Shown here: piece after piece, positions 29,801-36,211 of the stretch
Layout: each line of letters begins with the position of its first letter
Position numbering within the stretch: position 1 is the first letter of the stretch
Origin: an uncultured virus (IMG/VR IMGVR_UViG_3300045115_000228)
Lineage: Duplodnaviria > Heunggongvirae > Uroviricota > Caudoviricetes
Length of the DNA: 64,000 nt
Direction: 5' to 3' (one strand)
Virus record (IMG/VR): IMGVR_UViG_3300045115_000228
The notes under the pieces: model-generated
Databases searched by the model: none
The model's input: the letters and a program-made list of their open reading frames with translations, nothing else
Told to the model about the DNA's origin: nothing
Made by a program: the position numbers and the translations under genes

Positions 29801-32800
29801 GGCCTCCGAGCCATGGCTGCGGTCGTCGATGAGCCAGTCGTAGGCCTTCTCCAGCGTGTCGATGCCGCTCTCGATCATCCGTTCGGCGTCCGACTCGTGG
29901 GACTCCGCGCCGGTCGCGGCCTCGCCAGAGACCGTCTTGACAGTGGCATCCAACGACGCCGTGATGTCCGGGCTTTCGGGATCGAACCCGCCAGAGTTCT
30001 CGACGGCGGACTTGATCTGGCGCGGATCGAAGACGACGTACACGTCGGTCTCGACCTCCGCCCCGTCGAGGGCGTCCATGATGTTCCTGAAGATCACGCC
30101 GTCGTGGCCGCCCTTGCGGGCGTCCCCGATCTGCGCGGCCATCGCCGCCATGTCGCTGTCGCCGCCCTCGTAGTCGTGGACGGCCGGGTTGACGATCCTC
30201 AGGTACACGTCGAACACGTGCGCCTTCCCCCGCGCGGCGTCGTTCCTCGCCCTGTCCTTCGCCATGTACTCTTCGAGCTTGCGCTCGGCCTTGGCGACCT
30301 CCGCCTCCACCTCCGCGTCGCCGGCGGCGCGGGCCTCCGCCTCGGTCCCGTAGTAGTCCGGGCTGCCGTACGTGTACGGGTCTCCGAAGTGGCTGTAGGC
30401 GTGGATGACGTACTCGAAGCCCTTCTCGCCGCCCTCCTCGTACGGGATGACCTCCACCGTGGACGCCCTGGCGCGCTCGACAGCCTCCTCGTGCTGGGGA
30501 AGACGGGACTCAAGCGTCATCCGCATGCGGGCGGCGTTGTCCATCGCCCTGGAGTGGCTCTCGGGGTCGGCGTAGGACGCGGCGACGCCCCTGTCGCTCA
30601 CGAAGAACATCCCCCCGGCGGCGAACTCGGACATGTTCCTGCCCGCCTGCGAGAAGTCGAACACCTTGAACTTGCCGCCCAGCGTGCCGTGGTGGACGAC
30701 GAGCGGCCTGCCGTCCTCGTCCACGACCTTGCTGCCGCGGAACCATGCGTCGAACGCCTTCGAGCGCGACGCCTTCGCCGCGAGCCGGATGCCGTCCCCG
30801 TCGCGGGGGGCGATTGACGACGCCCTCCTGGCGGCAGGATAGAGCCTGCGTCCCTCCTCCTGGGCGATCACGAGGACATTGTTGCCGGGCAGAACGAACT
30901 GTATGTCGAACCCATGGAACTGTCCGTCCAAGGACTCCTTGACGTCGGTGTTCAGTTCAAGCACCCTGGGGCCGGCGGCCGACTCCGGGACCGACACGAC
31001 GATGTCCCAGTCGCTGTCGGGTCTTTCCGTGCCCCTGGCCCTGCTGCCATGGAACCATATCTCCGTGGCCTCGGGGACGACCCTTCTGATTTCCCTGACG
31101 ACCCTCGCCCCCATGGGGCACGAGGACGCCATCCTTCTGCCGGGGAGGCTGAACTTCAGCTCGCCGGCGAGCCTGCTGGGGATGACACCCTGCGGCGCGG
31201 AAAGCCTCGAAGGGTCGTGCTCGTCCCAGTACCACACGCCGCACGCCTGGGGAATCTCCTGCTCGACGTAGGCCTCGAAGATGGCGTCCTGGTCGCCGTC
31301 GGAGAAGCCCACGATCCTCTTCGTCTCCGTGCCCTCGTCGTAGCCCTCGGGGTCGTCCTCCATCCATCCGCTGACCTCGCCGTCCTCGTCGTACTGCGCG
31401 ACCAGCGTGCGCTCCTTGGCCTCCCACCTCCCCTGGGCCTTCGCCCACTCGAAAACCATAGGGACGTCCTCGACGGCCTTCGACCCGAACGTGCCGTAGA
31501 AGTCCAGCATCTTCCTGCCAGGGGGAAGGGTGACCCAGACGGGGTTCGTCCCGCCGAGCTTGGCTATCTCGATCCACGAGTCGACGTACTCCGGCAGCGT
31601 GACGGCGACTCCCCTGTAGAGGGACCCGCCGACCGTCCCCTCCCTTGACGCGTCCCACCCGTTCGCGGCCAGAGACTCGGCGTCGGAGGACATGTGGACG
31701 AAGCGGCGGTTGGGGATGAACTTCGGGCCGACCGCGGCATGGCTCCTGATGCGCGCCCCCTTCGGTCTGTCGATGAGGGTCGGCTCGGACGCGTCCCTCG
31801 GGCTTCCGTCCTCCATCGGCTCCTTGCGCCACGCGTCGGCGGCATCAAGGTTCGTGAAGTATTGTACCCCCCTGCCGTCCGCCCATAGAACCTCCCAGCA
31901 CTTGCCGTCTGGGGCGATGCCGGTGTCCTTGGAAAGGACCTCCTTCCACTCCCGCCTCTTGAGCAGTTTCTTCGGGTACCCGAGCACGGCGGGGATCGTC
32001 CTGGCGCGCGCGAGCCGCGCCCCCTCAAGCCGATGGTTCCCGTCCTGCAGGCTCCACCCGAATTCCTCGCTGTACACGAAGCAAACCGGGGGGACGTCAT
32101 CCCCACGCTCGAACACCCTCCTCCACTTGCCGACGCCCCTCCTGTAGTACCCCGTCCTGTTGTCCTCGGGCGACATGACGTAGTCGAACGGATCGGACCA
32201 CACGTAGTCTTGCGGGTCGAACGGGAGCCTGAAGGCCTCGTTGCCGTCGTGATGGAACCTCGATGTCCATGGCTCGCGAGTCGTCCACCTGTCGGGAGGG
32301 GCGAGCGCCTCAAAGGCCTCCCAGCAGCCCGCGAACTCCCTGCGGCCAGACGCCCCTGCCGAGACGATGATGGGGACGGATTCCTCCATCCTGACGTCCG
32401 GCGACGACGAGTCGAACCTCTTGGACGGCGGGACGATTTCGCCGTCGCCCCCCTTGACGACGGCGTCGGCCAGCTTGATGTTGTTCGCGTCGAACACGAC
32501 GAGCGACACGTTCTCCCCCTCGTGCCTGTGCCAGTCGGGGACGACGACGGCGTCGTAGCCGTCGGCGTGCGCCGTCGCCTGCAGGTCGGTCCACCGCTCC
32601 ATCGACCAGTCGCCCTCGTAGTCGTACAGCGTCCCGTGGAGGACGGCGTCGAACGGGGTCAGTTCCTCCCCGCTCTGCCGGTCGACCCACTCGTCGTAGG
32701 TCTTCCCCCACTCGTTCGTCCATCGCGCCGCCTCGACGTCCCCCTCGTCCGTCAGGTCGAGGACCTTCGGGGCCCTGACGTAGAACCTCCGCGCCTTCCC

Positions 32801-33151
32801 CCTGGCGTAGGAGTCGGCGATCCCCCTGTTCTGGGTGGTGAAGATGCCGTAGTTGGCCCTGTCCTTCCTGTGGTACTCGAAGATGCCGTCGGCGTCCCTG
32901 TCGCCCCTGAACACCTCGTGGACGTATCCCGCCGCCTTGGCGGCCTCGTCGACCAGCCTCTGGGCGGCCGCCATGTCCCCGGCCTCGACGGCCGCCATGT
33001 ACTCGTCGTCCACTCCCGACGCGGCCTTGATCGTGATGTCGAAGGATGCGGGGACGCCGGCGCCGTCCTGGTTGTCGAAGACGACGCCTTCGACCTCGAA
33101 CGGCTTGTCCGGGTCGCGTTCCTTGGGATGGGATGTCTCTCTCGTCGGCAT
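20834..33151 (-). CDS. Giant polyvalent protein (~4105 aa): ~11 ADP-ribosyltransferase-like domains, 2 ParB-like, nucleotidyltransferase, 2 papain-like, KTSC, HicA-like, Nudix
   Basis: Repeated WFxxSKVVxxDGxPLVVxHG[ST]...G[FM][FY]F...GxDG...VFDPxQI units; DGNHR and NGHHR; FHGSRARG..DSDWD; VESSAIREVAY..SKG; GF..RSSGTH; WGIPGG..EVGEEMG. Likely start MPTRE at 33151. Confidence 0.9.
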   Translation of the reverse strand: MPTRETSHPKERDPDKPFEVEGVVFDNQDGAGVPASFDITIKAASGVDDEYMAAVEAGDMAAAQRLVDEAAKAAGYVHEVFRGDRDADGIFEYHRKDRANYGIFTTQNRGIADSYARGKARRFYVRAPKVLDLTDEGDVEAARWTNEWGKTYDEWVDRQSGEELTPFDAVLHGTLYDYEGDWSMERWTDLQATAHADGYDAVVVPDWHRHEGENVSLVVFDANNIKLADAVVKGGDGEIVPPSKRFDSSSPDVRMEESVPIIVSAGASGRREFAGCWEAFEALAPPDRWTTREPWTSRFHHDGNEAFRLPFDPQDYVWSDPFDYVMSPEDNRTGYYRRGVGKWRRVFERGDDVPPVCFVYSEEFGWSLQDGNHRLEGARLARARTIPAVLGYPKKLLKRREWKEVLSKDTGIAPDGKCWEVLWADGRGVQYFTNLDAADAWRKEPMEDGSPRDASEPTLIDRPKGARIRSHAAVGPKFIPNRRFVHMSSDAESLAANGWDASREGTVGGSLYRGVAVTLPEYVDSWIEIAKLGGTNPVWVTLPPGRKMLDFYGTFGSKAVEDVPMVFEWAKAQGRWEAKERTLVAQYDEDGEVSGWMEDDPEGYDEGTETKRIVGFSDGDQDAIFEAYVEQEIPQACGVWYWDEHDPSRLSAPQGVIPSRLAGELKFSLPGRRMASSCPMGARVVREIRRVVPEATEIWFHGSRARGTERPDSDWDIVVSVPESAAGPRVLELNTDVKESLDGQFHGFDIQFVLPGNNVLVIAQEEGRRLYPAARRASSIAPRDGDGIRLAAKASRSKAFDAWFRGSKVVDEDGRPLVVHHGTLGGKFKVFDFSQAGRNMSEFAAGGMFFVSDRGVAASYADPESHSRAMDNAARMRMTLESRLPQHEEAVERARASTVEVIPYEEGGEKGFEYVIHAYSHFGDPYTYGSPDYYGTEAEARAAGDAEVEAEVAKAERKLEEYMAKDRARNDAARGKAHVFDVYLRIVNPAVHDYEGGDSDMAAMAAQIGDARKGGHDGVIFRNIMDALDGAEVETDVYVVFDPRQIKSAVENSGGFDPESPDITASLDATVKTVSGEAATGAESHESDAERMIESGIDTLEKAYDWLIDDRSHGSEAIAEAAVRVWRRQFRMGPGEPYPSSLDGDGVTLRRYIRDTFAEADVAQAESERDEGFPVVVRTAQARFTGDPEIDGLFYSAETPEAVRRVAAWLRSDPNRFVRMYHGTSAEHPVMEKGLLPTSGRRRHSYQSGSGYVYLSVFPTSAEDFARMAYPGKDIVVYAVDLTVRRLRPDLDQLRNKRYWGGERFQGLGDSLAESLVYGHGARVAGRIGPEQITPFKEVRRRAPPSADDLADRLDPRRERVPTSSLEPTETAAFGRDDPKPTRDDGKPLFAFRYPKGYVLQNGHHRLARAIRDGAREVDVLSVDGEVASELMREHGFDRLDVEEAASKRAGESLAEGLASRAMANKTASTQTPIRAYHGSGTDIKEFSYEFTGVGNDEIGSGFYFTTDRNEARGYTTRRREDEPKPGGEDAPTIHEVELDIRNPLDADATGPIPPGKIRRLLMASPEFEDALANWGDVSFEGRGKVIGEAVKAYAQLSRGDATIRALWAIANDFYRGHTKAFNDAVTKILGYDGIVKDYGTKKHYVAFRPDQIRIVGRERVASGKFDVIIKHAGNQPTPEQQEFTFDIDVTNPVTKAVERDALLALRPGLAAAANEVIDGWEQDEDGVDPTYGSGGVCDAVAQAMAGVLVDHGYDVADGGQDGDDHAYLLVHDLKCAFVVDIDPSVYETGGGYSWKKREGAHVEVADVEVAESRLTPEDVANIRTASVKTDRMSELAAMTVKDYAEDLSVRGNVRMDSLHPSGFHIEVERARKAGDEEQARLVEEYAALWRERDRRRAGEYVREMGEKADAAMSLFKELHAEGYRLSLDKYEYDVYVWHGTTASSRERILKDRRIIGPAYFSHARDRSAFGSEGASGYAKMRGSKDDPGIVMRLKVDPRDIRFNQGTGEMESAGDLVLVGRTWMSPGRAGAAPVTAAIDPHGVATRLGITYIGEQSHDDIRLMYFNDVRAGSPSHGSTFAIDVRDDSTDQDVADALAKKEREFAAKTTIAQSVERTYGDFPPIERVKAKVDSGRMKGTEPRRARLRLTGTMGGRYWLRGWAVDLPEGDVWGFFLDRKGRTQSMRFRQEDVSADGLEATAGSLGSPKGARLDAGSFCRGYCPEFAIALHEATGWPIVVFNELVRDEAEGEEYGILAHAACRAPDGRYADARGLRDEATVAANMLGSDAEPLKPGGWRIEDSSVEDLEASQEIAGEALEQARRFIRRNRKLWGLATQASLIDFDIRIASTDDFFTEEARGILEDYQAQFDNVGEEPSREPGTQFHEWGEHVRLDHGEDDVAAIAARMSKKHSEGGFVPRGTIVAYHGTDSQMFDWFDPSLELSGQGTPGEESSQVPGFWLTESPDVAKYFGHNVMTVEVNVGRLYDIHAARYLQRFMYGRDDPVAFRKTVEGMGYDGIRILPEIEYANFRGPSGSQEWGFTNYVIFDPSKAKLVAMDASVGRKPRSEWGKGQVTARVLPAGFPRHAPKDDRYVYHNCWARDLPSIAAEGMDAGSFSDRPCDFGRDAWVAVRRKDFPEVIEQHQYGSVIAYEPAYNGMAIPPSAIMLSTRRGRIVGPLADNVAKQASERFPIVLSERKPPEYAKGAIFGYTMAHSLKSEAVYITRRAALGWNAKRGVTHEEIFGLSQMETSDTPWTWIYDLAADRMTGYSEMDDRINAAALGFARAKARDAERNGLVAKAPDDESFARLASRPLKIAASDDETHDRVAERHLERYDSIIDEIVGSFRAHRDRKRKWLVNWPLVPAARLKKIWTDYAKMGFVRDEAGMREIADAMFDGVVRLRISNEISGHAMVDMREAIKDHGHEFTDKQWERLVDGMETKDGRWYVSDYGLPKLERLLFQLAAAETAEAQLLVVDQMLNVVHQRGDLAAMFVEGGSKTLTDIAMWGTQPRLASAKPPASWFGNSKVVGEDGQPLVVYHGSKEPMVERFSKDLIGTGITRGLVDRPDYGGFFFTSAPDNAAFFADFRDVPASLHPDLVSSYGDGEEWFYAASDDDGNIVLNGGAFGTPELAERAGKAHVRRYNAANARGEDMFVRGYHLRIENPLEVTSKEMGENRWSPPMLVPIAKDAGHDGVVIRGFHDGAMVSDVYVAFDPSQIRPAGGVPKMAATLPATPEELASMDIDVPASGSISPRRSFEWRAEMGEGAGASGHETLADLASYDDQWRFEDVLGKGWDRSLDGVPGSLHLKDAIKAGRKIRVFRAATIGGIMPGSYVTESLPYARRHGEMQFHGRKWRVFAIEVYPDELVSLGDPHEFIYVPRDPQVAHDRLRGGHRSKETFGSASSGIAVTGRLNRDTGVDDAPQHGHLDTQLFPECAGTKFDRDVVKKNRKRRHKRLAQAEAWRPVAMRMMQRDDANFGEWMRDLGEERGKLDLEYFRDFADEKYSLRIRDDGLIEVNWMVDDDAARVIGGEDVVAFHATSTRLLPRIRREGLLPSKKDVNRFGQAPAGVYVSLRSGGVAMDGYADNAVSKHGGEPVVLEIRTRLADLSPDPDDADIESGRYQYVLPRVAPSDILNLGGRRTASAERDIDGELIAELDAEYRDKWTPVESSAIREVAYFELLGMLEFKMRDFREYSFAGVPREEYEAFLAAKSKGRWFADFVRRYRASKPDRSKPFGIRAFRHGPIVTAVSNCGVPEMMAGDVRSFLCTFLGFREARSSGTHFTFVKPGAHPVTVSLEGDHKLNPLRSGFSRVLEAQLEGWSLPMFRYYWRDHKAWLRRAKQAGPDVAEREIKEEYARSKGEAKEDCADAAEPAGQETFDVGTINKDRLNVVMSSVPALKKQFDEFVAGGFDSDDVYQMIHGMVISDPRMILMYQFPGRFVGDKVAESGGVVKMTATTWGTAGSGVMYHCPDDGTILLLKRSSETYDPGMWGIPGGAVKGTEGHVEDEEREGVEFDEDTLRDSAHSEVGEEMGHNPDGTPAGSVTIPFGNFKYTTFRMDVTADQKATIERNIRLNWESDEHGWFPLSRLPRGTHPGVVAAVKMLFGGSQ

Positions 33152-33160
33152 CCCCATATT

Positions 33161-33186
33161 GTTCGATGGGGCATGCCCCAAAACCT
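33161..33186 (-). promoter_or_regulatory. AGG-N19-GAAC promoter motif of the polyprotein gene
   Basis: Exact spacing; ATG 33151 is 9 nt downstream. Confidence 0.6.
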
Positions 33187-33811
33187 AGACGGAAGGCGGC
33201 TCCGGAGCCCCGGAGACCATGATCCGGATCTCGGCGATCCGCTTGGCGAGGTCGAGCCCCATGCTCCTCGTCTCCGCCTCGACCTTCGCCTCCTCCGCAA
33301 GGACGTCTCCGATGACCTCGCCGAACAGCAGGCAGACCTCCTCAAGGACCGGCACGACGGACGGGTCGAAGGCGTCCTCCCTGCGGTCGTTGACCTGCAG
33401 CAGGCCGACGACGGAGTCGCCGTCCCTGATCGGGACGAGGCAGACGGTCTCGTATCCCTCCCCGTTGCACCTGTCCCTCGTGTCCGACCCCCTCTGCTCC
33501 TTCGTCGTGCCGGCGAGCAGCCCGGTCGTGCCGAAGGAGCAGAAGCTGCCGCCCGAGGTGAAGAAGGGCTTGCCAGAATCCGTCCGGCCGCGGATCACGT
33601 TGCCGCACATGCGGTCCAGGGCCACGCTGCCGGTGCGGTCCCTGATGGCGCAGCCGTTGCCGTCCCTCCTGCACAGCGACAGCTCGGCGCTCACGAAAGA
33701 CTCCGTGAAGCCGATAGTCGTGTAGTACGGGTAGTCGTCGCCCTCGTGCAGGCGGACGCCGACGGCGTCCGTGCACAGCGAGTCCTTCACGGCGAGCACG
33801 AACTTGCGCAC
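33185..33811 (-). CDS. Stand-alone GAF-domain protein
   Basis: AVGVRL..GDDYPYY..GF...MCGNVIRGRTD..PFFT..GSF...RCNGEGYE..LVPIR..GLLQVND. The frame stays open upstream to ~33900; true start uncertain. Confidence 0.75.
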   Translation of the reverse strand: MRKFVLAVKDSLCTDAVGVRLHEGDDYPYYTTIGFTESFVSAELSLCRRDGNGCAIRDRTGSVALDRMCGNVIRGRTDSGKPFFTSGGSFCSFGTTGLLAGTTKEQRGSDTRDRCNGEGYETVCLVPIRDGDSVVGLLQVNDRREDAFDPSVVPVLEEVCLLFGEVIGDVLAEEAKVEAETRSMGLDLAKRIAEIRIMVSGAPEPPSV

Positions 33812-33918
33812 GAGGTCGCGCTTCGTGCAGTCCTGCCCGTCCCCGTACAGGACGCCGGATACGCGCGCCAGGAACGATGCCCTGTCGATGGTCTTTATGC
33901 CATGCTCCTTCCGTCATT

Positions 33919-33993
33919 GTTCGGCGACAGCGGCCGGGAGTCCTGCCCGTCAGACACGGAAGGAATCGGCGGCGTCCGCAGAGAATGTATAAT
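33919..33993. promoter_or_regulatory. Divergent AGG-N19-GAA(C/T) motifs plus TATAAT
   Basis: Minus 33944..33919, plus 33961..33986, and plus TATAAT at 33988..33993. Confidence 0.6.
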
Positions 33994-34017
33994 CTGGACA
34001 GGCAATGAGGGGGAATC

Positions 34018-35097
34018 ATGAGCGACAGGATAGCCAAGATGACGAAGACCAAGAACGCCGACAGCCGGGCGGAGGTGTTGCGGGCGATGGGGAGTTTCGA
34101 TGGCGGGCAGTCGGACGTGAAGCTCGTCGTGCCTGGCCACAGGACGAAGAGGCACATCACGCTCGAAGAGTACAAGGCGATGCTCAAGTCCGGGATGACC
34201 CCACAGCAGGTCATCGCCACGACGTCGAAGCACCTCATCTTCTTCTACAACGCCATCCTCGACGGAAGAATCACGCTCGACAGGAACGAGTTCGTCAGGA
34301 TGTACGAGTCTGGGGTCTCGCTGGACGAGATCGCCGCCAAGCACGGAATCCCCAGGGGACACGTGACCTTCCTGCGGGAGTTCTATGGGATCAAGCGCAA
34401 GGGGGCCACGTTCCAAAGGCGCCTGCACAGTGAAGTGCCGCTGTCACCACAGGCAAAAAGTGTCATCGTCGGATCCATCCTCGGCGACGGCCACATCCAT
34501 CCGAACGGATACTGGTCAGAGAAGCATTGCATCGCTCAGGCCGACTACCTTCGGTGGAAGGCTTCGTTCGTGCCCGACATCACGACCGAGAAGAGCTTCG
34601 TCGAGTACGAGTCGTACGACAAGAGGTACGGCAAGTCTAACAAGGGTCTGTCATTCAGGACTCGGGCGCACTCGTGGCTACAGGAGATGGGTCAGTTGTT
34701 CTATCGGGGAGAGGGGCGAACGAGGACGAAGGTCGTTCCTGACAACATTTCCGACCTCCTTGACGAGACGGCGTTGGCCGTTTGGTTCATGGATGACGGC
34801 AATACGGATTGGGGATACAGAGGAGGGGTGAAAAAACATTCTGGAACAGAACCAAGATGTCTGATACATACGGAAGGGTTTGACGAGATTGGAGTAGAGT
34901 CGCTGTGTTCGGTGTTGCGCCGCAAGTTTGGCTTGTCTTGCAAGCCTTGTTTGAAGGATGCCAAGGTTCCAGACAAATGGGTTGTCCGACTTACGTCAAT
35001 GTCGTCTCGAAAGCTGACAACAATGCTTATGGAAAAGTTCTCTTTTATGACAACAATGCAGTACAAAATCAACGAATCTGCTTTTGTAAATCGTTGA
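34018..35097 (+). CDS. Free-standing LAGLIDADG homing endonuclease with an N-terminal HTH
   Basis: IVGSILGDGHI and LAVWFMDDG; lower GC in the 3' half. Confidence 0.9.
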   Translation: MSDRIAKMTKTKNADSRAEVLRAMGSFDGGQSDVKLVVPGHRTKRHITLEEYKAMLKSGMTPQQVIATTSKHLIFFYNAILDGRITLDRNEFVRMYESGVSLDEIAAKHGIPRGHVTFLREFYGIKRKGATFQRRLHSEVPLSPQAKSVIVGSILGDGHIHPNGYWSEKHCIAQADYLRWKASFVPDITTEKSFVEYESYDKRYGKSNKGLSFRTRAHSWLQEMGQLFYRGEGRTRTKVVPDNISDLLDETALAVWFMDDGNTDWGYRGGVKKHSGTEPRCLIHTEGFDEIGVESLCSVLRRKFGLSCKPCLKDAKVPDKWVVRLTSMSSRKLTTMLMEKFSFMTTMQYKINESAFVNR

Positions 35098-36207
35098 TTA
35101 CGAGCCACTTTTGTACATATACCTGAACCAGCGGCTTCTGCCCCCAGGCAACGTATATTCAGGCGTCACGTGGATGCTGATCGGCGGCAGGACCTTCTTG
35201 ATGTCCTTGCGCATCTCCATCCACATCGTGCTGTAGTCCGTGTAGAGGGCCTTGCAGTTGTCGATGAACCTCTGGGCGTCCTCGGGCTTCTCGCCGAAGA
35301 TGATCGCCCTCTCCTGCCACGTGAAGCCGAAGATGACCTTGCGGAGGGCCTGCATCGAGGCGTACAGGATCACCCCCCCTCGCCAGTGGAACGGGGCGCT
35401 TGAGATCGTCCTGTAGGTCTCCGACGCGGGGGGCGTGGCGTTCATCACCCACAGGGCCTCGTTCAGCATGGACAGCAGGTCGTCGTCGCTGAAGTAGGCG
35501 AAGTGGTAGTGGGCGTAGAACATGTCCTCCGGGTCGATGGCCCGCGCCGTGACGGCGTTGCCGGCGAAGTCGGGGGTCCAGTCGTCGACGAGCCTGTTGT
35601 TCCTGCGCAGCAGCACGGGCTGGTCGTGCCTCCAGTTCTTGAAGGCGAAGTTGAGCCTGTTCGCCCCGACCACCATCGCCTGCTCCCAGTAGACGGGTAT
35701 GTCGCAGGCCTGCTCGATGAGGTTGGTCTTCAGGCCGTTGACCAGCGACACGGCGACGTCGCCCATCTTGGACACCGTCTGGCTGGTCTCGAAGTTGAGG
35801 AAGGCGTCGCCCCCGTGGACCTCGAAGCGGAACGTCTTCTGCTCGGACGACGATCCGGACTCGAACTGGAAGTACCACACGTCGAACCAGTCCCCGAGGG
35901 CGGCGTCCTCCGGGACGAACCAGTCGACGTACCAGATGCCCGTGTGCATCCTGACGGCGTAGAAGGGGCCGTAGCCCGTGTTCATGTCGGGCGTGGTCGA
36001 CGACTCGCTGCTGCCGGAGGAGTCGCTCCCGCTCGTCTCCGACGTGGACGTCTCCGACTCCTGCTCGTAGTCGTTGGTCACGATCCTGACCTGCGGCTGC
36101 GAGACTGGGTCGCGCAGGACGCCGTCCCTGGAGAACATGCAGAAGAGGCGCACGATGTCCCCCCGCATCGCGGTCTCCCGGCTCTGGTATGGCTGCGTCA
36201 GTGGCAT
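35098..36207 (-). CDS. Putative neck/head-completion structural protein
   Basis: 369 aa with an Ig-like N-terminus and Ser/Thr tract; FSDDDLLSMLNEAL..NATPP adaptor-like segment. Confidence 0.55.
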   Translation of the reverse strand: MPLTQPYQSRETAMRGDIVRLFCMFSRDGVLRDPVSQPQVRIVTNDYEQESETSTSETSGSDSSGSSESSTTPDMNTGYGPFYAVRMHTGIWYVDWFVPEDAALGDWFDVWYFQFESGSSSEQKTFRFEVHGGDAFLNFETSQTVSKMGDVAVSLVNGLKTNLIEQACDIPVYWEQAMVVGANRLNFAFKNWRHDQPVLLRRNNRLVDDWTPDFAGNAVTARAIDPEDMFYAHYHFAYFSDDDLLSMLNEALWVMNATPPASETYRTISSAPFHWRGGVILYASMQALRKVIFGFTWQERAIIFGEKPEDAQRFIDNCKALYTDYSTMWMEMRKDIKKVLPPISIHVTPEYTLPGGRSRWFRYMYKSGS

Positions 36208-36211
36208 ATTT

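Noticed and set aside
20834..33151. Tape measure protein or inteins as the explanation of the giant ORF
   Set aside because: It is built of globular enzyme domains, not helical repeats; no intein splice motifs were recognised.
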